Source: Bilabrum cf. latius (taxonomy: Eukaryota). Taken from it: DNA of 64,000 bases. The position numbers were made by a program, and so were the translations under genes. The stretch is from NCBI GenBank assembly GCA_965178125.1, contig OZ237756.1:434001-498000 (forward strand), in the 5' to 3' direction. The notes under the pieces were generated by a model. That model did not search any database. It saw nothing but the letters and a program-made list of their open reading frames with translations, and was not told where the DNA came from. Shown here one piece after another: positions 39,401 through 51,812 of the stretch (the first letter of the stretch is position 1; every line of letters starts with the position of its first letter).

Positions 39401-39982
39401 TCGAGCTCATTTCTGTGAAGAGAACTAGAGTGGGAGCCATGCTGACGAGAAAATGATCTCGCCGGCGTTGCTGTGCCTGGTCCGCGGTCTCGCATGACTT
39501 ATACGCGCATTCCGGTTCCGCTAGTGCTTCCTTGCATCCACAAAAGGTAAGCTTGGCTGCGGCTGCGGCTCCCAGGCCGTCACGGATGCGGCACGAGCCG
39601 GGTCAAAATTTTGCGGTTAACTTCAGATACCCCGGGAACTCGCTACCGGCCGCACTTTGTACGCCCTCCAATAGTTCGTTAATAGTTCAAACCAACATTC
39701 GCACTAAGAGTGATACGCTAAGCAGGCGAGTACGCATGGCGTTGAGTTGCAGCGTGAGTGTTGGCATTTCGGACCCGTCGGTGGCCAACAGTCGGTAAAT
39801 TCCAGAGAATTCGTGGGCACCACCTTTCAACAGAACTCCAGTGCCCAGATCTTTATATCTGTGGCGCTGCGTGTTGCGTCTCAGCCTCCACTCGAGCACT
39901 TGCCTCAAGGGAAGTGCCTCGGGAGCACAAACCAGGACCCGAACGACTCGGAATCAGTCGGGCCTGATCCCAAGTCTTACCG
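33405..39982 (-). mobile_element. Non-autonomous split-direct-repeat element, copy 2 (apparently identical to 11282-17859, offset 22123)
   Basis: Same termini ggtcccgattt...gtcttaccg and identical ORF translations. Host codon CT|A (HALHLVM) is restored on removal. No TSD. Confidence 0.85.
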
Positions 39983-40217
39983 AGTGATGACTCCGACAAG
40001 CACTGGGCCTACCGCAGAAGGCGCACTCCACTTAACATCTGAATCGAGCAGAGCTGGTTGTGAGGGTACCACTTGCAGAACTATGAATAATCTGAAAGAT
40101 TGGGCAATACCTGGCGACGTGCCTATGGCTGCTTCTCTGCTTCGCATCGATGCAGGCATGATCGGCATTGGGCGAAATCCTGCTGGCGAGGCCAAAGCAT
40201 CTGTGGAAAAGACTGAA

Positions 40218-40737
40218 GCCAGCGGTGATGGCGCTGGAGCTAGTGGTGACGGTGCTGGAGCTGGTGGTGACGGTGCTGTAGCTAGTGGTGACGGTGCTGG
40301 AGCTAGTGGTGACGGTGCTGGAGCTAGTGGTGACGGTGCTGGAGCTAGTGGTGACGGTGCTGTAGCTAGTGGTGACGGTGCTGGAGCTAGTGGTGACGGT
40401 GCTGGAGCTAGCGGTGATGGCGCTGAAGCCAGCGGTGACGGTGCTGGAGCTGGTGGTGACGGTGCTGGAGCTGGTGGTGACGGTGCTGGAGCTAGCGGTG
40501 ACGGTGCTGGAGCTACCGGTGATGGCGCTGAAGCCAGCGGTGACGGTGCTGGAGCTAGTGGTGACGGTGCTGGAGCTGGTGGTGACGGTGCTGGAGCTAG
40601 TGGTGACGGTGCTGGAGCTAGTGGTGACGGTGCTGGAGCTAGTGGTGACGGTGCTGGAGCTAGCGGTGATGGCGCTGAAGCCAGCGGTGACGGTGCTGGA
40701 GCTAGTGGTGATGGCGCTGGAGCTAGTGGTGACGGTA
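40218..40737 (+). repeat. 21-bp coding tandem repeat (ASGDGAG)n in the subtilase copy 2 linker, ~24 copies
   Basis: Unit gctagtggtgacggtgctgga. Confidence 0.93.
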
Positions 40738-41511
40738 CCGGGGAAAACGCCAATGCCAACGAAGCAAGCCGTATGTTATCTGGAGTCGAAGCCATGGATA
40801 TTGCCTTTTCAGGTCGTGTTGCATGCAATGTACCTATCAGACCTGGACGTCCAGCTGCGCTCATTGAACTCTCTGGTATGTGTATTAGTACCTCTGATGA
40901 AGCTAGCGAGATCGAGGAAGTGGAGATGCAGGTCCACGTGCTTGATGGATGTCCGTGGACGCTCGGACATTACTAGGTGGGGAGTTTTGCTACTCTGACC
41001 ACACGTGTCCCAGAATGCAGCAGTGGGTCTCGTAGCCCCGAAGTATAGATCCTTGTGTATGGTGGCCCTGCACACCCTCTTCTTCAATCGTGCCAACCCA
41101 TGGCAGATGATCATTGGTCAGGGGAGCCGCTTCGATGGTACGTTGGAGCCACGGTTGATGCGCCGTCGCTGTACGTGTACACACATGCCAGCGATGATTT
41201 GCTGGTCGGCCAAGAACTGAAGGTGGACATCAAGGTTTCGGCAATTTGACGCAGTCTGGATAATGGAATCCAGATATCGCCAAGGCCTCTTTGGTACTAA
41301 AATCCATGAGTCTGGTCCTGAAAGCTACAGGTCTAAAAAGAGGTGAAGAAGTGCATCAAGGTGATCGGATCCTGACCCGGATGACGCAAGGCTTCTTGGA
41401 TTTAGTTAAAACCTTATTTTGCTTTTCAACCACCGGTGTCCTGGGATGGTAAACTCAGACGATGAATTCCAATCTGAATTTGGTGCGGATTATGATAATA
41501 TGCTCCTGATA

Positions 41512-42909
41512 TCACCGCTCCCCGTCGATATCGCCGTCCGTTATTTCTGGGATGCCAAGTATCGTTCGCCTCCGCACCTCCCTCGCAAGCGACCGACGCA
41601 CTAGCACGCCACACTCCTCGTGTCCATTCGCCATCGCTGCCTCCATCGCGTCCTGCATCACCCCGCCCGCATCCAACTTAAGCTCAGCCCCCCCCGCCAT
41701 CACACCCAGCCTCAGCCTCCTGGCCAGCTCCAGTGGCCTGCCCTCGGATGCGGCCCGCCACACCAGCCCCGCATCCCGCCGGGCCTGGCTCGCCACACGG
41801 TGATGCAGCAGTGCACCAATGCGCCTGCGCCGGCTGTTGAAGGCCCGCAGCCGGGGCAGCATGGCAGGGATCGTGTGATCCTCGTGGTGAGTACCATGCA
41901 CATCCTGCCACCAGAAGAACACGATCCGCGGGTTGGCCAGCACTGCCTCCAGCATTCTGCCGCACTGTCTGGCTGCTTCTTCAGGCTAGCCCCGGAAGTC
42001 AGAATGGCCTGTTGATCCGATCACGAGTGACCGCAATGCTTGGTTCTGTCGCACAGCATCACACAGATGGCTCACTCGGCACGGGATTGATTTCCGGCCT
42101 GTAGTCATGTCGTACCTAAGGATGAGGTGCTGGATGCTGGTGTTCTCCCTCACAATGCGGGCCCCACACTCTGCCATTGCATTATGCGTTTCTAAACTTG
42201 CACCAAGTAGTGTGATCCAACTCGTTTCCACCTGCACCAACGAGCTGTTGCTGCTGAGTGCCTCTGTCCATGCCAGCATCGCGTCAAGATCCAAGTTGCA
42301 CGGACCCAGGTGACAGTACCGAATGCTCCGGTTGCATCGGATGCCGTCGGCCATGAGACGATTCATCTTGTATAGCTGCTGGATAGCCTCCTGGTCACGG
42401 GGCTGCTTGCCGAGCATATCGTGGATCTTCAGCACCTCCAAACTGCACTGCGAGTCGGCCAGCACTTTCTGGAAGTCATGTAGGCACTCCAATGACATTT
42501 CGCTTAATCCTTGCAGCATCAGGACTCGAAGCCGGTTCTTGCCGCCCGCGTGCAGCGTGGCAGGTGCCAGGGCAGCCATGCCATCCGCCGTCCAATTGAC
42601 GATCTAAAATAGTAAGCACTGCAGACGTGGTAAGCTGTCAATTGTGTCCATGCATACTGCTGACCGAAGCGCAGATCCCAAGCTTGCATCCAAGTGTTTG
42701 TGCTCGACTTCAGGCACCAGCAAGGATCGTAGCCGGACGCCATCCTCGGCCAGTACTGATGCCAGATCCTCTATAGCACTAGACTGTGTTTGTCTAGGCA
42801 TGCTGATCTTTGATCGTCCTTGTCTAACTGCTTCCACTACCTTGTCTAACTGCTGCAGTTTGCTAAACCTTTCCCGAAGCTTGTAGTTGCGGGCCCCAGT
42901 GTAAGGCGC
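41512..42909 (-). CDS. LRR + ankyrin-like protein, copy 2, last exon (upstream exons probably extend to ~48000)
   Basis: ORFs 42604, 41986 and 41512 are in one frame joined by TAG. TAG 41986 aligns to CAG in copies 1 and 3. Acceptor ...tttcacgcag at 42910. Ends TGA. Confidence 0.72.
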
Positions 42910-43426
42910 CTGCGTGAAAGGACGTCGGTCACGTTACCAGAGATTACATGCTGAGCATATATGCATAATGTAATTCCACTGACATGAGGTGCACAAGGTG
43001 TGACTCGGTACATACTAGAAAGTGAAAATCGAGATTGGGCTGGAAGTACCCGGCCTTCTCCGCGAGTCCAAACGACATGCTGGGACTTCAATTGCAGGCT
43101 TTCTGCCGTCAGCAAGTTTAATTGGTATCGTTAAGAGCCACTGTCAAAATGGATGATGTAGCTAGACCACCTTGATGACAAAGTTCACAAACAAGCCAGC
43201 ACTTGATGAGAGTGAGAACCACTTCCACTGGGTCAACTTGAAGGACCTTCAAGTTGAAGCTGAATGTTGGAAAGCAAAGTGATACACATTGATGCTTCGT
43301 GTAGATATGTATGCATTCCAATAGCCTCACATTATACCCACTTGCACCGCCACACCGCTCGCCCCAGCCCTCTCCACAAGCCCCTCTCCACCGAGCCTGC
43401 TGGCCAACTCGCCAGCTCGCGGGCTA

Positions 43427-46400
43427 GCCTTGCCCGACCCGGCCTTGCTCGATTTCCCGCTGGCACTCCTGCGACTGCCCTTGCCCGACCCCACCTTGCT
43501 CGATGTCCCGCTGGCACTCCTGCGACTGCCCTTGCCCGACCCCACCTTGCTCGATGTCCCGCTGGCACTCCTGCGACTGCCCTTGCCCGACCCTGCCTTG
43601 CTCGATTTCCCGCTGGCACTCCTGGGACTGCCCTTGCCCGACCCCACCTTGCTCGATGTCCCGCTGGCACTCCTGGGACTGCCCTTGCCCGACCCCGCCT
43701 TGCTCGATGTCCCGCTGCCCAACCCCGCCTTGCTCGATGTCCCGCTGGCACTCCTGGGACTGCCCTTGCCCGACCCCGCCTTGCTCGATGTCCCGCTGGC
43801 ACTCATGCGACTGCCCTTGCCCGACCCCGCCTTGCTCGATGTCCCGCTGGCACTCCTGCGACTGCCCTTGCCCGACCCTGCCTTGCTCGATGTCCCGCTG
43901 GCACTCATGCGACTGCCCTTGCCCGACCCCGCCTTGCTCGATGTCCCGCTGGCACTCCTGCGACTGCCCTTGCCCGACCCCACCTTGCTCGATGTCCCGC
44001 TGGCACTCATGCGACTGCCCTTGCCCGACCCCGCCTTGCTCGATGTCCCGCTGGCACTCATGCGACTGCCCTTGCCCAACCCCGCCTTGCTCGAGGTCCC
44101 GCTGGCACTCCTGCGACTGCCCTTGCCCGACCCCACCTTGCTCGATGTCCCGCTGGCACTCCTGCGACTGCCCTTGCCAGACTCCACCTTGCTCGATGTC
44201 CCGCTGGCACTCCTGCGACTGCCCTTGCCCGACCCCGCCTTGCTCGATGTCCCGCTGGCACTCATGCGACTGCCCTTGCCCGACCCCGCCTTGCTCGATG
44301 TCCCGCTGGCACTCCTGGGACTGCCCTTGCCCGACCCCACCTTGCTCGATGTCCCGCTGGCACTCCTGGGACTGCCCTTGCCCGACCCCGCCTTGCTCGA
44401 TGTCCTGCTGGCACTCCTGCGACTGCCCTTGCCCGACCCCACCTTGCTCGATGTCCCGCTGGCACTCCTGCGACTGCCCTTGCCCGACCCCGCCTTGCTC
44501 GATGTCCCGCTGGCACTCATGCGACTGCCCTTGCCCGACCCCGCCTTGCTCGATGTCCCGCTGGCACTCCTGCGACTGCCCTTGCCCAACCCTACCTTGC
44601 TCGATGTCCCGCTGGCACTCCTGGGACTGCCCTCGCCCGACCCCGCCTTGCTCGAGGTCCCGCTGGCACTCCTGCGACTGCCCTTGCCCGACCCCGCCTT
44701 GCTCGATGTCCCGCTGGCACTCCTGCGACTGCCCTTGCCCGACCCCGCCTTGCTCGATGTCCCGCTGGCACTCCTGCGACTGCCCTTGCCCGACCCCACC
44801 TTGCTCGATGTCCCGCTGGCACTCCTGGGACTGCCCTTGCCCGACCCCACCTTGCTCGATGTCCCGCTGGCACTCATGCGACTGCCCTTGCCCGACCCCG
44901 CCTTGCTTGATGTCCCGCTGGCACTCCTGGGACTGCCCTTGCCCGACCCCGCCTTGCTCGATGTCCCGCTCGCACTCCTGCGACTGCCCTTGCCCGACCC
45001 CGCCTTGCTCGATGTCCCGCTGGCACTCCTGCGACTGCCCTTGCCCGACCCCGCCTTGCTCGATGTCCCGCTGGCACTCCTGGGACTGCCCTTGCCAGAC
45101 TCCACCTTGCTCGATGTCCCGCTGGCACTCCTGCGACTGCCCTTGCCCGACCCTGCCTTGCTCGATGTCCCGCTGGCACTCATGCGACTGCCCTTGCCCG
45201 ACCCCGCCTTGCTCGATGTCCCGCTGGCACTCCTGCGACTGCCCTTGCCCGACCCCACCTTGCTCGATGTCCCGCTGGCACTCATGCGACTGCCCTTGCC
45301 CGACCCCGCCTTGCTCGATGTCCCGCTGGCACTCATGCGACTGCCCTTGCCCAACCCCGCCTTGCTCGAGGTCCCGCTGGCACTCATGCGACTGCCCTTG
45401 CCCGACCCCACCTTGCTCGATGTCCCGCTGGCACTCCTGGGACTGCCCTTGCCAGACTCCACCTTGCTCGATGTCCCGCTGGCACTCCTGCGACTGCCCT
45501 TGCCCGAACCCGCCTTGCTCGATGTCCCGCTGGCACTCATGCGACTGCCCTTGCCCGACCCCGCCTTGCTCGATGTCCCGCTGGCACTCCTGGGACTGCC
45601 CTTGCCCGACCCCACCTTGCTCGAGGTCCCGCTGGCACTCCTGGGACTGCCCTTGCCCGACCCCGCCTTGCTCGATGTCCCGCTGGCACTCCTGCGACTG
45701 CCCTTGCCCGACCCCACCTTGCTCGATGTCCCGCTGGCACTCCTGCGACTGCCCTTGCCCAACCCTACCTTGCTCGAGGTCCCGCTGGCACTCCTGGGAC
45801 TGCCCTCGCCCGACCCCGCCTTGCTCGAGGTCCCGCTGGCACTCCTGCGACTGCCCTTGCCCGACCCCGCCTTGCTCGATGTCCCGCTGGCACTCCTGCG
45901 ACTGCCCTTGCCCGACCCCGCCTTGCTCGATGTCCCGCTGGCACTCCTGGGACTGCCCTTGCCCGACCCCACCTTGCTCGATGTCCCGCTGGCACTCCTG
46001 GGACTGCCCTTGCCCGACCCCACCTTGCTCGATGTCCCGCTGGCACTCATGCGACTGCCCTTGCCCGACCCCGCCTTGCTCGATGTCCCGCTGGCACTCC
46101 TGGGACTGCCCTTGCCCGACCCCGCCTTGCTCGATGTCCCGCTGGCACTCCTGCGACTGCCCTTGCCCGACCCCGCCTTGCTCGATGTCCCGCTGGCACT
46201 CCTGGGACTGCCCTTGCCCGACCCCGCCTTGCTCGATGTCCCGCTGGCACTCCTGCGACTGCCCTTGCCCGACCCCGCCTTGCTCGATGTCCCGCTGGCA
46301 CTCCTGGGACTGCCCTTGCCCGACCCCGCCTTGCTCGATGTCCCGCTGGCACTCCTGCGACTGCCCTTGCCCGACCCCACCTTGCTCGATGTCCCGCTGG

Positions 46401-47645
46401 CACTCATGCGACTGCCCTTGCCCGAACCCGCCTTGCTCGATGTCCCGCTGGCACTCATGCGACTGCCCTTGCCCAACCCCGCCTTGCTCGATGTCCCGCT
46501 GGCACTCATGCGACTGCCCTTGCCCGACCCCACCTTGCTCGATGTCCCGCTGGCACTCCTGGGACTGCCCTTGCCAGACTCCACCTTGCTCGATATCCCG
46601 CTGGCACTCCTGCGACTGCCCTTGCCCGACCCCGCCTTGCTCGATGTCCCGCTGGCACTCATGCGACTGCCCTTGCCCGACCCCGCCTTGCTCGATGTCC
46701 CGCTGGCACTCCTGGGACTGCCCTTGCCCGACCCCACCTTGCTCGATGTCCCGCTGGCACTCCTGGGACTGCCCTTGCCCGACCCCGCCTTGCTCGATGT
46801 CCCGCTGGCACTCCTGCGACTGCCCTTGCCCGACCCCGCCTTGCTCGATGTCCCGCTGGCACTCCTGGGACTGCCCTTGCCCGACCCCGCCTTGCTCGAT
46901 GTCCCGCTGGCACTCCTGCGACTGCCCTTGCCCGACCCCGCCTTGCTCGATGTCCCGCTGGCACTCATGCGACTGCCCTTGCCAGACCCCGCCTTGCTCG
47001 ATGTCCCGCTCGCACTCCTGGGACTGCCCTCGCCCGACCCCGCCTTGCTCGATGTCCCGCTGGCACTCCTGGGACTGCCCTTGCCCGACCCTGCCTTGCT
47101 CGATGTCCCGCTGGCACTCCTGCGACTGCCCTTGCCCGACCCCACCTTGCTCGATGTCCCGCTGGCACTCCTGGGACTGCCCTTGCCCGACCCCGCCTTG
47201 CTCGATGTCCCGCTGGCACTCCTGGGACTGCCCTTGCCCGACCCCACCTTGCTCGATGTCCCGCTGGCACTCCTGGGACTGCCCTTGCCAGACTCCACCT
47301 TGCTCGATGTCCCGCTGGCACTCCTGCGACTGCCCTTGCCCGACCCCGCCTTGCTTGATGTCCCGCTGGCACTCCTGGGACTGCCCTTGCCCGACCCCGC
47401 CTTGCTCGATGTCCCGCTGGCACTCCTGGGACTGCCCTTGCCCGACCCCGCCTTGCTCGATGTCCCGCTGGCACTCCTGCGACTGCCCTTGCCCAACCCC
47501 GCCTTGCTTGATGTCCCGCTGGCACTCCTGCGACTGCCCTCGCCCGACCCCGCCTTGCTCGATGTCCCGCTGGCACTCCTGGGACTGCCCTTGCCCGACC
47601 CCACCTTGCTCGATGTCCCGCTGGCACTCCTGGGACTCCCCTCGC
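43427..47645. repeat. 51-bp minisatellite, ~82 copies, probably intronic
   Basis: Unit ccttgcccgaccccgccttgctcgatgtcccgctggcactcctgcgactgc. Confidence 0.97.
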
Positions 47646-47710
47646 CAAGAGACACCCCTGCTGCCCCGAGCCCATCTCTCTCCCCCCATCCCCGCCCAAA
47701 GCCATCTCAC

Positions 47711-47900
47711 CATCAGCTGGCTCGGGCAGGGCAGGCAGCACTGCATCCAGCAGCGAGCAAGCGCCACCCACACCGATGGGGTTGCGGCCCAGATCGACGT
47801 ATCTGAGGGAACTGCACCCGGTTCCGCACCATTGCCGCGGCGCCAACGAGCACTCGTCATCATCTAGCAGCTCATCCACCTCGGGCATGTGAGCTGCACT
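47711..47900 (-). CDS. Probable upstream exon of LRR copy 2
   Basis: RI-type LRR motif SSLRYVDLGRNPIGVGGACSLLDAV, followed by a GTGAGA donor leading into the 51-bp array. The 5' boundary is unknown. Confidence 0.5.
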
Positions 47901-48208
47901 CGGCGGCCATGTGATGGAAACAAGCAGCACGACGCCAGCCTTGTGGTAACCCCACACGCTTGAATGACTCAGGCAGCAATGTCTCGAAATGCACACAGCC
48001 AAGCATATGCTCGCAGCATGGTGGCTTAAGCACCAGCGGGCGATGCGCCGAACTGGTTAGCTCCGCCAGCACCCATATTCACAGGCGCACCGATCGCACG
48101 ATCCAGTGGTTAAGCAGTGTGCGAGACCACACACCAGAGGCAATCCCAGTCACATCGTAACGGCACCATTGCCATTCAGACAACGGTTACATCGCTCCTC
48201 TCCTTCGG

Positions 48209-49612
48209 TCACGACACACCCTTCACACTCCCCCCACCCACGCCGTAGATCGCTCGCCTCCGCACCTCCCTTGCCAGCGACCGACGCACTAGCAACCCGC
48301 ACTCCTCGTGTCCATTCGCCATCGCTGCCTCCATCGCGTCCTGCTTCACCCCGCCCACATCCACCTTAAGCTCAGCCCCCCCCGCCATCACACCCAGCCT
48401 CAGCCTCCTGGCCAGCTCCAGAGGCCTGCCCTCGGATGCGGCCCGCCACACCAGCCCCGCATCCCGCCGGGCCTGGCTCGCCACACGGTGATGCAGCAGA
48501 GCACCGATGCGTCTGTGACGGCTGTTGAAGGCCCGCAGCCGGGGCAGCATGGCAGGCATCGTGTGATCCTTGTGGTGGGTACCACACACACGTTGCCACC
48601 AGAAGAACACGATCCGCGGGTTGGACAGCACTGCCTCCAGCATTCTGCCGCACTGTCTGGCTGCTTCTTCAGGCTGGCCCCGAAAGTCAGAATGGCCTGT
48701 TGATCCGATCACGAGTGACCGCAATGCTTGGTTCTGCCGCACAGCATCACACAGCGGGCCTACTCGACACGGGGTTGATTTCCGGCCTGTAGTCATGTCG
48801 TACCTAAGGATGAGGTGCTGGATGCTGGTGTTCTCCCTCACAATGCGGGCCCCGCACTCTCCCATTGCATTATGTGGGGCCAAGCCGCATCCCGGCAGAA
48901 GGGTCCAGCTCGTTTCCACCTGCACCAACGAGCTGTTGCTGCTGAGTGCCTCTGTCCATGCCAGCATCGCGTCAAGATCCAAGTTGCACGGACCCAGGTG
49001 ACAGTACCGAATGCTCCGGTTGCATCGGATGCCGTCGGCCATGAGACGATTCATCTTGTACAGCTGCTGGATAGCCTCCTGCTCACGGGGCTGCTCACCG
49101 AGCATATCGTCGAGGTTCAGCACCTCCAAACTGCACTGCGAGTCGGCCAGCACTTTCTGGAAGACTTGCACGCAATCCAATGACATCGTAATCCATCCTT
49201 TTAGCTCAAAGACTCGAAGCCGGTTCTTGCCGCCCGCGTGCAGCATGGCAGGTGCCAGGGCAGCCATGCCATCCGCCGTCCAGCCGACGATCTAAAATTG
49301 TAAGCACTGCAGATGCGGTAAGCCATCAATCGTGTCCATGCATACTGTTGACCGAAGCGCAGATCCCACGCCTGCATCCAAGAGTTTGTGCTCGAGTCCA
49401 GGTACTCGCAAGGATCGCAGCCGGACGCCATCCTCGGCCAGTACCGATGCCAGTTCCTGTATGGCACTACACGGCGACTTTCTAGGCATGCTAACTCTAG
49501 ATCGCCCTTGCCTGACTGGTTCCACTGCCTTGTCTACCTGCATGAGTTTCATTGCGTCGTGGAGGGTGTAGGCCTAGGCCTAGGTATAAAGTCTCGTCCA
49601 ATTGTACAGTCT
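48209..49612 (-). CDS. LRR + ankyrin-like protein, copy 3, last exon (homology continues to ~50098)
   Basis: Near-identical to copy 1 in the N-terminal part and to copy 2 in the C-terminal part. In-frame TAG at 49292. Acceptor ...tttttcgcag at 49613. Ends TGA. Confidence 0.72.
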
Positions 49613-50967
49613 CTGCGAAAAAGAACAGCAGACAGCTTGTATGACAAACATAGGCATACCAAGCAATGGGTTCATTCAATTTTGGCTGAAATCAGGTGAC
49701 TACATGCGGATCAGAACATACTTGAGAGCGAACGATGAGCTTGGCCTGGAAGTACCCGGCCTCCTCCGCGAATTCAGACGACATGCTGGTTCTACAATTG
49801 CAGTCAGAGAATGCAATCATTACCTATATAAGCCACCAGGTCACAATAAAAGCTGTAGCAAGGCTACCCTGACAAAGTACAGAATAATAAGCCAGCGCGT
49901 GACGAGAGTGAGAACCACTCACGGAAGCGTGCCTGGATAAAGCTGAATGCCTGCAAAGTTGAAGCGACTCGGAGGTAGTGATTCTTCGTGTCGGTATGCT
50001 TTCCAACAGCCTCAGCTCGTGCTTCCTTGCACCGCTACACACCGCTCGCCCCAGCCCTCTCCACAAGCCTGTCTCCACCGAGCCTGCTGGCCAGCCCATC
50101 GTCCGATGCGCTGAGAAAGAGAGCGACGGGGCACAGGACCAGGGTCAGACTCCCGCCGCGGAGTCGCCTGGTCCACTGGGTCGCCTCCCACGACCCCTGC
50201 CGGCACGGCCGGTGCGCCCCGTCGTCTCAGGGAAACGACTCCCTGCCAATGGGTCAATCAATTCACACAAATCACTACATCCTCAGGCAGCCCTCTTGGC
50301 TGCCTCCCCCTTTGGCCGAGTCGTGGGTGGGTGGGAGAGAAGAAAGCTACTGGCTTGGGCTGCTTCTGTATTTCTTTGCTAATCCTGTCTAGCGCAGAGG
50401 CTGATCTCTCTCTTTCCCCAGTGTAGACTCGAACCGGAATGACACCTCGCCGGTCGATCACAGGATCACGCCAGTATCAGCTGAACGTTCGCGAACGAAC
50501 AGCTGACCCTGCCCGCTCCCACGTCGTCATCAAGCCCGGCCACACCGCAACTATGCAGTGCAATGCACTCCAAGCCGCACTCCCGCTGATTCCGTCCATT
50601 ACCTTCCTCGACATCAGCACCCCATTCCCCTTGCTGTTGCCATTCGCGCCATCTCCAGACCATGGAGTGCTTCTGACCCGAAAAGACGGCAATCACAGGG
50701 GCAGGGACAGGCGTAGGGGCAGAGACAGGTGTAGTGGCAAGCATAGGCCTCTATCCCTGCCTCCCGTAGCCTGTGCCCAGGGACAGGAGCTGGGTGCCTG
50801 CCTCGCTGTCCGAGAGGGGGCCGGGCCGCAGGAACTGCTGCCGGAGGGGTGGAGGGCAGACGTGGACACTCGAGGGAGGGTGATACACGGGCATACTGCT
50901 GAGAACATGAGGAGAGTGAAGCTCACGATAACGTTCATATCACCTGCGGGACAGGAGCATCTCCCCG

Positions 50968-51812
50968 ATGGGTGGGTGCAGTGCAGGGAGGCACGGCGGA
51001 GAGCCCGGTCTACCTGCGGCTGTCGGACGGGTGGGTGCAGTGCAGGGAGGCACGGCGGAGAGCCCGGTCTACCTGCGGCTGTCGGACGGGTGGGTGCAGT
51101 GCAGGGAGGCACGGCGGAACCCGGTCTACCTGCGGCTGTCGGACGGGTGGGTGCAGTGCAGGGAAGCACGGCGGAGAGCCCGATCTACCTGCAGCTGTCG
51201 GACGGGTGGGTGCAGTGCAGGGAGGCACGGTGGAGAGCCCGGTCTACCTGCGGCTGTCGGACGGGTGGGTGCAGTGCAGGGAGGCACGGCGGAGAGCCCG
51301 GTCTACCTGCGGCTGTCGGACGCGTGGGTGCAGTGCAGGGAGGCACGGCGGAGAGCCCGGTCTACCTGCGGCTGTCGGACGGGTGGGTGCAGTGCAGGGA
51401 GGCACGGCGGAGAGCCCGGTCTACCTGCGGCTGTCGGACGGGTGGGTGCAGTGCAGGGAGGCACGGCGGAGAGCCCGGTCTACCTGCGGCTGTCGGACGG
51501 ATGGGTGCAGTGCAGGGAAGCACGGCGGAGAGCCCGGTCTACCTGCGGCTGTCGGACGGGTGGGTGCAGTGCAGGGAGGCACGGCGGAGAGCCCGGTCTA
51601 CCTGCGGCTGTCGGACGGATGGGTGCAGTGCAGGGAAGCACGGCGGAGAGCCTGGTCTACCTGCGGCTGTCGGACGGGTGGGTGCAGTGCAGGGAGGCAC
51701 GGCGGAGAGCCCGGTCTACCTGCGGCTGTCGGACGGGTGGGTGCAGTGCAGGGAGGCACGGCGGAGAGCCCGGTCTACCTGTGGCTGTCGGACGGGTGGG
51801 TGCAGTGCAGGG
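50968..51812. repeat. 60-bp tandem repeat, ~14 copies
   Basis: Unit acgggtgggtgcagtgcagggaggcacggcggagagcccggtctacctgcggctgtcgg, about 60 bp. Confidence 0.93.

Larger units (their letters stand above)
11091..41249 (+). pseudogene. Subtilase copy 2, 5'-truncated and split by four insertions (pieces 11091-11281, 17860-17930, ~20635-21528, 32474-33404, 39983-41249)
   Basis: Each piece continues the copy 1/3 protein in order (LDSG, HGT, AAAGN, GTSFAAPRV, C-terminal domain, TGA 41247-41249). Confidence 0.88.

Noticed and set aside
43264-47867. 1400+ aa ORFs over the 51-bp repeat
   Set aside because: The unit is a multiple of 3 and nearly stop-free in all frames on both strands, so these ORFs are a by-product of the repeat.
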